A program made the position numbers and the translations under genes. The notes under the pieces are model-generated. The model searched no databases, was not told where the DNA came from, and was given only the letters and a program-made list of their open reading frames with translations. A DNA stretch of 20,000 bases from an uncultured virus (IMG/VR IMGVR_UViG_3300032046_000017) (Duplodnaviria; Heunggongvirae; Uroviricota; Caudoviricetes), in the IMG/VR virus record IMGVR_UViG_3300032046_000017, one strand, 5' to 3'. Numbering within the stretch: position 1 is the first letter of the stretch; each line of letters opens with the position of its first letter. Positions 1 to 14,832 of the stretch are shown here, piece by piece.

Positions 1-3338
<3,338 letters not shown>

Positions 3339-3385
3339 GTCATTTCTCCAATTAGTATTATTTCTGTTTCATTCTTAATATGCGT

Positions 3386-7546
<4,161 letters not shown>

Positions 7547-7681
7547 ATCGTATTACTCCGTTAATGCTGCATAGGAGGGATCGCACATGCGTTTGTTCAA
7601 ATCTAAGACTGGTACAAACCAAAAAAATAAAATGCACAAATTATAAAACACACTAAATAATTGCATTTGGCAGGAGAAAAC

Positions 7682-7951
7682 ATGAACAAAAAAGTATTGA
7701 GTGCCGCTAAATATCTCAGAGTGCCGTACCGCCTCGTACCCGAGTTTGTTAACGTGGCCAACGGTGAAAAACTAACCAACGAATTGTATGCGATTTTGTT
7801 CAAGGCGCTGGCTGCTGAGATGCCATATGAAGTAGCTAAGGCAAGAAAGGCCGACCCTTACGTATGGATAGAAGCTTGGGTTAAAAACTTAAGAGAACAA
7901 CCCAAAGTTAGTTTGATGCAAAGACAACTAACCTGCCAGAGTAATACTTAG
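7682..7951 (+). CDS. Phage hypothetical protein (89 aa) with an EMPYxxAKARxxDPYxWI motif
   Basis: ATG 7682 preceded by AGGAG. Contains EMPYEVAKARKADPYVWI, a motif I recall from uncharacterised large-phage proteins (not verified by search). Confidence 0.7.
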   Translation: MNKKVLSAAKYLRVPYRLVPEFVNVANGEKLTNELYAILFKALAAEMPYEVAKARKADPYVWIEAWVKNLREQPKVSLMQRQLTCQSNT

Positions 7952-7958
7952 GAGTGTT

Positions 7959-8450
7959 ATGAACCGCTTGTGTGTACTTTTGATATATGCTAGTGTTACT
8001 GGGTGCATAGTGACGCATGCACCTGAGCCAGCTGACAACCCGTTTATAAAAGCAGACATTTATGAACCGGCTATGCCATTCGAACCAGTGATTAATGAGC
8101 CAGTTGTTGCTACGCCAAATTGTTTACCTGTTACGACTAATTCCACCACGCTGTGCAAGGCTATGTTTAAGACAGTCTATGCAGCCGCCGAAATGGTGGC
8201 CGACAGCTTAGGTTGTATTGACATGGCGGCAGTGGCGGCAGATGTCGGTCAGGCGTTAGCTAAGCTAGATTTTTGTGACGTGAAAAAGAGGGGCTTGCTT
8301 GGGTTGCCAGTGTGCTATACTCTGACCAATTACGCAGCCGAGTTTGCTGTTAAAAGACTGCCAGCCTCTTGGCAATGTTCTGGTGGGTATGTCACAGTAT
8401 ACGCCAAAAAGCAGATGTTGGATGCCTGCCGCATTGCTTTTCCATATTAA
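7959..8450 (+). CDS. Predicted Cys-rich lipoprotein
   Basis: AGGAG RBS. N-terminus MNRLCVLLIYASVTG|C fits an SPII lipobox, followed by a Pro-rich linker and several further Cys residues. Confidence 0.7.
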   Translation: MNRLCVLLIYASVTGCIVTHAPEPADNPFIKADIYEPAMPFEPVINEPVVATPNCLPVTTNSTTLCKAMFKTVYAAAEMVADSLGCIDMAAVAADVGQALAKLDFCDVKKRGLLGLPVCYTLTNYAAEFAVKRLPASWQCSGGYVTVYAKKQMLDACRIAFPY

Positions 8451-8472
8451 TATCGACCGGGAGTGCTCAGGC

Positions 8473-8787
8473 ATGGCAGACACAAAGAAGAATATGACAT
8501 CATTAGTATTGACTTTTTGGCTAGTAGTCTTGTCTACGTCGTCTATCTTCGTTGCCGTTAAGTTCAAAGATGTCAGGGCTGAAAAGGTTACACTTGAGCA
8601 TACCAAACAGGAGCTTGACGCAAGAAAACAGGAACTCGATGAATGGGAGGCAGACCTAACAGCAAGAGAAGAAGAATGGCGACATGGATTAGATCTTAAG
8701 GGAAGTGATGGAATACCACCACCGGTAGAGGACGACTCATCCAAAAAACGGCACCCAAGAAAGATAGAGATACCGCCTTCACAATAA
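8473..8787 (+). CDS. Membrane-anchored coiled-coil protein (104 aa), i-spanin-like architecture
   Basis: ATG 8473 after GGGAG. Hydrophobic segment LVLTFWLVVLSTSSIFVAV, then heptad-like KQELDARKQELDEWEADLTAREEEW. Confidence 0.65.
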   Translation: MADTKKNMTSLVLTFWLVVLSTSSIFVAVKFKDVRAEKVTLEHTKQELDARKQELDEWEADLTAREEEWRHGLDLKGSDGIPPPVEDDSSKKRHPRKIEIPPSQ

Positions 8788-8793
8788 ACCAAC

Positions 8794-9162
8794 CTAATTT
8801 GCTACCAGTTCAAATACGTCTGGTTCAACAAACAGCTCGTAAACATCTTCTGATATTCTTCTTATTTTCCTAACTTTCCATTCCTTGGCGGCAATTGTGC
8901 CGTCAAAGTAGTGATGTTTGGCATTGATGTCAACCTTAACTGCTGGCAATAAATACTTACCAGACGTTAACGTCATTAATTCTTTCGTATCAATATCTTC
9001 TATGGAACTATCAATGTCGACAATAAGCGCAGTTATTTCTACACCGAGTTTTGCGGGTATGTGCTCCTCATCTCTTGTTAGCTGTTGCTCACGGTCATAC
9101 CACGCTTCTCCATATCCTGATACTTCTATAGACTGAACAAAATCTGCAATGTCATAAGCCAT
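8794..9162 (-). CDS. Hypothetical acidic protein (122 aa)
   Basis: ORF track frame. More likely start is ATG 9162 (MAYDIADF...) with an AAAGGTG RBS. Converges closely with the previous gene. Confidence 0.7.
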   Translation of the reverse strand: MAYDIADFVQSIEVSGYGEAWYDREQQLTRDEEHIPAKLGVEITALIVDIDSSIEDIDTKELMTLTSGKYLLPAVKVDINAKHHYFDGTIAAKEWKVRKIRRISEDVYELFVEPDVFELVAN

Positions 9163-9203
9163 AAAAACACCTTTCATAACAACTTATTTGATTGAGGGCA
9201 CCA

Positions 9204-10109
9204 ATGATAGACAAACATCTTCACCTTAGCGGGGCAGCCTCCTCCCGAACGCTATGGGAACTTGTGCAAGATTCTGGATACAAGACTGGCATCAAAACAT
9301 TCCATGAGTTTGATAATTTTACGTCTCTCCGAAATTCAGGAAGTCTTGACGCTTATCTAAAGGTTTTGCACTGGTTAGACAAAATTCAGTCGTCTCCCTT
9401 AGCCGTGAAAGCTTGCGTATACGACGCCTACGTGTCGTCATTTATGGCTGGGTGTGAAGAACTGGAATTGCGCTTTAACGCAACCAAGCGGTCCCAGGAT
9501 GGAACTATTGACCTGGACGCTATTATTATCTCTGCTAGGGCCGGTCTGGAAATGGCGTCTTCTAGGTTCGGAGTCAAGGGAAGCTTAGCAATGTGCTTGG
9601 GTTGGGACTGTTCAGATGAGGCCAACTGGGCCTGCACCAACAAGGCAATAGACTATGTTGGGAAAGGAATAACCACTATTGATATTGCTGGGCCGAGCCA
9701 CTTAGCCACTGATGACAAAAGGCAGTTATTTACTAGCATGTTTGACAAAGCTAAAAAAGGCGGGCTGATAACAACTTGCCACGCGGGGGAAATCGTGCAT
9801 GACTCCTTGGAAGCCGAGCTAGAATGGGCGTTATATAAGCTGAGACCTGACCGGATTGGCCATGGAATACAACTGGTCAAATACCCAAAACTGCTGGCTG
9901 TGGCGGCTGCTAATTGTGAGTTTGAGATTTGCATATCGTCAAACATTGCCTCAGGGGCCGTATCCGGACTTGAGGAGTTTGTAGGCATATTTAGGGCACT
10001 AGAACACGCCAATGCCAAGTGGACACTTTGTACTGACGCCACTTTTCCGTTAGGCACTAACATTACCAGGGAGCACTACTTATTTGATGAGATTAAGAAA
10101 TTAGCGTGA
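9204..10109 (+). CDS. Adenosine/AMP deaminase family metallo-hydrolase (amidohydrolase TIM barrel)
   Basis: Motifs HLHLSG, ELRF, DIAG, HAGE, RIGHG, EICISSN and CTD. Start probably ATG 9204 after GAGGG. Confidence 0.9.
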   Translation: MIDKHLHLSGAASSRTLWELVQDSGYKTGIKTFHEFDNFTSLRNSGSLDAYLKVLHWLDKIQSSPLAVKACVYDAYVSSFMAGCEELELRFNATKRSQDGTIDLDAIIISARAGLEMASSRFGVKGSLAMCLGWDCSDEANWACTNKAIDYVGKGITTIDIAGPSHLATDDKRQLFTSMFDKAKKGGLITTCHAGEIVHDSLEAELEWALYKLRPDRIGHGIQLVKYPKLLAVAAANCEFEICISSNIASGAVSGLEEFVGIFRALEHANAKWTLCTDATFPLGTNITREHYLFDEIKKLA

Positions 10110-10141
10110 ATGGGTTGGCCTTATTGCTGTGGGAAGGAGGG

Positions 10142-10560
10142 TGGTGGAGACGGCGGGGAACTGCCCCCCGCGTCCGAAACTTGTCCAAAAAGGCCTTCTA
10201 CGTGCGTATCCGATTAGTTTAAACTCCGATCGGCGGCAGACAGGGATGAACTGATTTCTCAATTACATCCTCCACCATGACCCTTTTTTAAGCTGGTCAG
10301 CCCGTCCAGCGGCCATGCAGTTTACGTGCTGCTAAGCCAGTCGCCACGTTCCAAGTAGATAAACCCACGTGCGTTACTTGGACCACACGAACTGCTGCGG
10401 ATTAGGCAGCGAGCTTGAGAGTTTGGGCGCGAGCGCCAAAATTCACATGGACAACATTTGTTTTGTCGTTTAAAGTTTTACTTCTGTTTTGTAAAGCGAG
10501 AAAAGTGCCCGCCACACGCCAGCCAAATCCTACAAGTCCCGTCGAATCTAAAGCGTCCCC
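10142..10560 (-). ncRNA. ssrA: One-piece tmRNA (419 nt), tag (A)DKTNVVHVNFGARAQTLKLAA
   Basis: 5' GGGGACG pairs with 3' CGUCUCC-ACCA, giving the G3:U70 alanine determinant. GAUUCGAC near the 5' end. Helix CGGGACUUGU/ACAAGUUUCG. Resume context UUAAAC-GAC. Tag frame 10467-10402 ends LAA-UAA. CCA is encoded. Confidence 0.95.
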
Positions 10561-10596
10561 ATATGAGAAATCTAACACTGCCTTTTATGGCCAAAA

Positions 10597-11022
10597 CTAT
10601 ACTAGCAAATCTTGCCCACCTAAGTTGATTTCTCTGAACCTAATCTGCCCTATCAATTGGCAGTAATCAGCCAAGTTAACAGGTAGCGCAAAAAATGCTT
10701 TCTTGTACAACACAGAATCAGAATTTATTTTGGCACCAAACTTAGACAATAGGTTGTTAACTTCCTCATTAGTGGGGTACCAAAACAGGTCCTGCAGATA
10801 GCCAATCTTGCCACTATCCAAGTGAACCTGCTCCGGATAGTCCCCGTCTACCGCAACGACATGATCCACTTCATACATGTCGTCAAGCACGCGCTGCCCA
10901 CTAGTAACAGTCCAAAGCTTAGCCAGGTAGTCCAGGCTGTCGATTGGACGGTCGCCAATGTCCAAACCCCTGAGGTTGTCTGCTTGCTTCCTGCTTCTGA
11001 CCTGTCTCTTTATCTCGTTCAT
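10597..11022 (-). CDS. Hypothetical protein (141 aa), translationally coupled to the DNA polymerase
   Basis: ATGA overlap with the polymerase stop at 11019-11022; GAGG RBS inside the polymerase 3' end. Confidence 0.75.
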   Translation of the reverse strand: MNEIKRQVRSRKQADNLRGLDIGDRPIDSLDYLAKLWTVTSGQRVLDDMYEVDHVVAVDGDYPEQVHLDSGKIGYLQDLFWYPTNEEVNNLLSKFGAKINSDSVLYKKAFFALPVNLADYCQLIGQIRFREINLGGQDLLV

Positions 11023-14000
11023 ACGCCGTCCTCATTGATTTTGGCCATCATGTCGCGTTTTATCTCTTCTAGTTCCTCAAGGTTGTAATTCCACTTCTCA
11101 AGGTCTCCCCACTTCAGGCCAATCTCAAATTCTACCTCAAGTGGCAACTTAAACTCGATACCATAAACCTCGGTCATAAACTCCTGAAGCTTGGTCGTGA
11201 ACTGGTCTTCGGCCACTACCAACGACTCATCAAGCTCCGCAAATGGTACCAGATACAGGCATGAGTCATGAACTGCATTGACTACCTGCCACTGCTTACC
11301 ATTGTCCCTTATATACTTAGCAAACAGAGAGGCGCCGATCATGCCAGCATCTGAGGCTATTCCTTGGATAGGGGCGTTAGAGGCTACTCTAAGAGCTTTG
11401 CTTGCAAGCCCACGAGCTTCTGACGGTAACGATGATTGCTGGTACTTGCCATAAGAGTCCCTGTATAAGTCAAAAACTGGCAAACGCCTACGACGACCGT
11501 GCGGCGTTTCGACGTAGCCTCTGGCCATTGCCATTTCCTTCATTTCGGCTTTCCATATTGCGATCTTAGGAAAGCTAGTGAAGAACTTAGTAAACCATGT
11601 TTCCACTTCCTCTGGGCTTTTCTGGTTTTTCTCAGCAATGGAATCAATGGAACTATCGAACAATATGCCGAACGAACAGTCCCACATCAGCGCATTCGCT
11701 GCCACAAAGTAAGGATGCTCACTATTAAGAACCAGGTCATACACCTCCTCTACTCTATCAGTTTCGACTACCTCTTTAACTTCCGCATAGAAAAAATCAC
11801 CAATAATACTATTTACTTTGTCATGGTCAGCCAAAAAAGTTGAGTGCGACTCACCAAAATGTCTGTCGTAGTCAGAACCAGCGATAATAACACTGTGATA
11901 AGCCTCGTAAGTAGTTTTACTAACTACCGAGTTAACAATGCCAAGATTCCACAGCATCACTGATATTTGCCTTGGTAACAAACTGGATCTGCTAGTGGCC
12001 ATCACGCTCCTAACACCAGCTCCTGATGACGACCCGGCTCCTGACATGTAGCCGCTAATAAATGCTGCTTGGATATTAATTGGTGATAATAGCACTAGTC
12101 TAGGGACTTCTTTTAACTCTGTGCCGAAAATGCATCCACAATGTGCAGCGAATTGGCTAATAAAGGCAGATGATGAGGTGCCGAACAATTTCTTCTGAAT
12201 GAAACAATATTTGTCATATTCTACAGCACCGTCTGATACAAAATAACCGAGCCACCAAGCCACATCTTCGGTCATGATGTTAGGACATTTGGTGCCATCC
12301 TCACACACATTGATTGTTAGGTCAGTGTCAGGGAAGCTTACTGGATTATGATGAATTGGTATAAAATGCCTGCCAGGCACGAGGTCCTTAACATACACAA
12401 ATTTGGATTCTAAGGTTTGCTTGTCGTACGCCATTATCTCGTGATCTTCGCTTACTCCGCATTCCCAACCGCGACTTGCCTTGATCGTATATATTTTTGA
12501 AGTGGGCCGGTACAAGTCCAGGACTGGGGTCCACTCTTTACCAGTCCAGACCAATTCACCAATTTCTACTTCCTCAATCTTCTTGAAGCCACGACTAGTA
12601 TGGGTTAGCGTTCCTTTTGCCAAGCACGCTTTTGCAGCTTGCCTTTCTATTTTAGTTATTTCCTCGATTGGCTTACCGAAGACCATAGCAGCAGTTTGTT
12701 TATGAATGTCGCCATACAGCTCGCACTTGGTTAACAGCTCTGGGGACGGGTTTTGGCGGTACTCTTCCATTACCTTCTTGCCCTCCCGAAGAGCCAACGC
12801 AAGGCTGTCGTCGCCAGACAAAATGCCAACCCACCTAATCTCGTTAGCCTTATAGTCAAGCTGAACCATAACAGTTCCTGGCGGGGCCTGGAAAATGTTC
12901 TTTATAGATTTTTTGGCTTCGTTCTCGGCTCTCGGTATCTGCTGAAGGTTAGGGTTTGAACATGAAATCCTACCAGTGACAACGCGGGTAAGATTAAAGT
13001 CGGCCCTAATGCGGCTGTCTGTATGGCAATCCTCGTCACTACCTGAGGGCGACACCCTGTTGTACATTTTGGCAGCAAATGAGTCGTACATCTTCCGATA
13101 CAACGACCATTCCATAAACTGTTTCACAAACGGATTTGAATCATTGGTTGTTTGCCACTCGTCATCAACTGATGGGACTCCAGACACGCCGACTTTCCCT
13201 GGCGCCAACCTAAGTACATCAAAAAACAGGACTTGTGGGTGGCCTTTCTTAGCAAAGTCAAACACCCAAGGAGGAGCGGCCAGTGGCGACACGGTACCAG
13301 CCCCCTTGAAGGCCTTGGCCAACAGTATTCTGTTGGCCATCACTCCTTCCGACTTATCGCGCAGGCCGCCTTGTATTGACTCAATTTCCTTAAGCAACGG
13401 CGAACTTCTCGAAATTAGCATCCGCAAGTAGTCTTTATTGACCGGCAAACCATTGTACTCAATGTCGGAAAACATTAATATCATCTGGCCGTATAGCCCG
13501 TACATAAGCCCGTAAAATTGCACCAGGTAATTTTGTCGCTTAGCCTCTTTTATCAGTGCGTTCATTAGCCTATAAGTCACAATGACGTCAACAGCCCCAT
13601 AGTCGGCTAAGGTGCGAAGCGGCAGGCTGCTAAGGTTGCCGTCATTTCGTACCGCCAGCACCCCCTTGTCATACCCATCAAAATTGCAGTAATCGTACAC
13701 CAGCTGTTTCAGCGTGTAGATACCAAATTTAAAGTCAGCCACTCTTTCCCCTCGATTCTCATCGACAAGAAAAGCACCAACCATCGTGTCAAATATTGGA
13801 GCAGAAAGTAACGGAACGCCAATAATCGCTCTGATTATGTTGCATTCGAACTTTAGGTTATGACCAACCCAGTTGGTTATTGTGGACGGATTTTTGAACA
13901 GGTCGTACAGCAGCTCTTTTATTTCTGCTAACTCCTCCGGGGAAAAGGGAGTCTCTGCGTGCTGGTATGGTATTACGTAACCCGTGTCGTCATCCATAGA

Positions 14001-14810
14001 AAACTGAAGCGTGGCTATACGGTTTCCGTACCTTTTCTTAAGATTATCCGTTTCAATATCTATGGAAACAGGACCATCGCAGGCTTTCAAACGATCCACA
14101 AAGGATCTTACTTCCTCTATCGACATTAGTATTACGGCTGGTTTTACTTCCTTTTCCTTTTGTTCCTGTTGCCCAGTTATCAGGTACTTAACCTGGGCCA
14201 CCCAAGAGTCCTGGTAAACAGGGTTTCTCATTACCATTTGCGGAGAGGCCAAAAACTTAACAGGAATGTTGTTAAATGTCTTCGTTTCTGTATAGAGTTT
14301 GGTGATTGGCCTATGCTCTTCCGGAAACAAGGTTTCCTTCACAGTATTGCCCATTATCACCAGAGTCTTTGGCTGCAAGTTTCCAAGGTCGTTTAGGAAA
14401 AACTGGTAGCACTTATTAATGGCGTCTTTTCTTTGCGGGTATGTAGCAAACGATACTGCCTTTAACCAACCCCTGGAATTGGGCTTAGAATAATCAGCCC
14501 AAGACCGAGTAGAAGCTTCATCAATAGGGATGCCCCTAACCAAGTAGGTGATGCCAAACGAGATGTTCAGACTTTCCAAAACCTGTTTGAGTAGGGAAAA
14601 CTCAAAAAACGAAAAAGCTTTTACTGTTTGCTCTTTGGACATCATGCCAGCAAAGGCGTCTAGCGAGTACACCTCCATGACAAACAAGTAGTCAACCGCC
14701 CCATGGTCCTGGCCCTCTGGATAGTAGGCAAACCCAGAGGGCCTGTCGCAAAATTTAGACAGCGGACAATCTTGGCTACAGTCTACTCTATATGAATACC
14801 TATACGACAT
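11019..14810 (-). CDS. polA: Family A DNA polymerase: N-terminal UDG-like domain, 3'-5' exonuclease, polymerase domain, intein-containing
   Basis: Exo motifs DIETD, GHNLKFE and YGAVD. TGRISCSNPNLQQIPR. Motif A DYKANEIR, motif B RQAAKA/CSFGILF (split by the intein), NAPIQGIASD, motif C VHDS. Confidence 0.95.
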   Translation of the reverse strand: MSYRYSYRVDCSQDCPLSKFCDRPSGFAYYPEGQDHGAVDYLFVMEVYSLDAFAGMMSKEQTVKAFSFFEFSLLKQVLESLNISFGITYLVRGIPIDEASTRSWADYSKPNSRGWLKAVSFATYPQRKDAINKCYQFFLNDLGNLQPKTLVIMGNTVKETLFPEEHRPITKLYTETKTFNNIPVKFLASPQMVMRNPVYQDSWVAQVKYLITGQQEQKEKEVKPAVILMSIEEVRSFVDRLKACDGPVSIDIETDNLKKRYGNRIATLQFSMDDDTGYVIPYQHAETPFSPEELAEIKELLYDLFKNPSTITNWVGHNLKFECNIIRAIIGVPLLSAPIFDTMVGAFLVDENRGERVADFKFGIYTLKQLVYDYCNFDGYDKGVLAVRNDGNLSSLPLRTLADYGAVDVIVTYRLMNALIKEAKRQNYLVQFYGLMYGLYGQMILMFSDIEYNGLPVNKDYLRMLISRSSPLLKEIESIQGGLRDKSEGVMANRILLAKAFKGAGTVSPLAAPPWVFDFAKKGHPQVLFFDVLRLAPGKVGVSGVPSVDDEWQTTNDSNPFVKQFMEWSLYRKMYDSFAAKMYNRVSPSGSDEDCHTDSRIRADFNLTRVVTGRISCSNPNLQQIPRAENEAKKSIKNIFQAPPGTVMVQLDYKANEIRWVGILSGDDSLALALREGKKVMEEYRQNPSPELLTKCELYGDIHKQTAAMVFGKPIEEITKIERQAAKACLAKGTLTHTSRGFKKIEEVEIGELVWTGKEWTPVLDLYRPTSKIYTIKASRGWECGVSEDHEIMAYDKQTLESKFVYVKDLVPGRHFIPIHHNPVSFPDTDLTINVCEDGTKCPNIMTEDVAWWLGYFVSDGAVEYDKYCFIQKKLFGTSSSAFISQFAAHCGCIFGTELKEVPRLVLLSPINIQAAFISGYMSGAGSSSGAGVRSVMATSRSSLLPRQISVMLWNLGIVNSVVSKTTYEAYHSVIIAGSDYDRHFGESHSTFLADHDKVNSIIGDFFYAEVKEVVETDRVEEVYDLVLNSEHPYFVAANALMWDCSFGILFDSSIDSIAEKNQKSPEEVETWFTKFFTSFPKIAIWKAEMKEMAMARGYVETPHGRRRRLPVFDLYRDSYGKYQQSSLPSEARGLASKALRVASNAPIQGIASDAGMIGASLFAKYIRDNGKQWQVVNAVHDSCLYLVPFAELDESLVVAEDQFTTKLQEFMTEVYGIEFKLPLEVEFEIGLKWGDLEKWNYNLEELEEIKRDMMAKINEDGV
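11679..12626 (-). mobile_element. 316-aa intein with degenerate LAGLIDADG endonuclease, inserted in polymerase motif B
   Basis: Block A CLAKGTLTHTSRG, block B SEDH, block C WWLGYFVSDG, block E FISGYMSGAG, block F/G VYDLVLNSEHPYFVAANALMWD, then +1 Cys. Removing it restores RQAAKACSFGILF. Confidence 0.92.
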
Positions 14811-14832
14811 TTGCTCATCCTAGCAAAACTAC

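Noticed and set aside
10142..10180. tRNA gene or prophage attachment site at the CCA end
   Set aside because: The acceptor stem pairs with GGGGACG about 400 nt away, so this is the tmRNA 3' end. No duplicated 3' fragment or integrase is in the window.
10415..10666. 83-aa + strand ORF
   Set aside because: It is antisense to the tmRNA and to the end of the 141-aa gene.
11679..12626. Class 3 intein mechanism as the explanation for the odd terminus
   Set aside because: The intein starts with Cys and has Asp, not Cys, at block F position 4, so it lacks the class 3 WCT signature.
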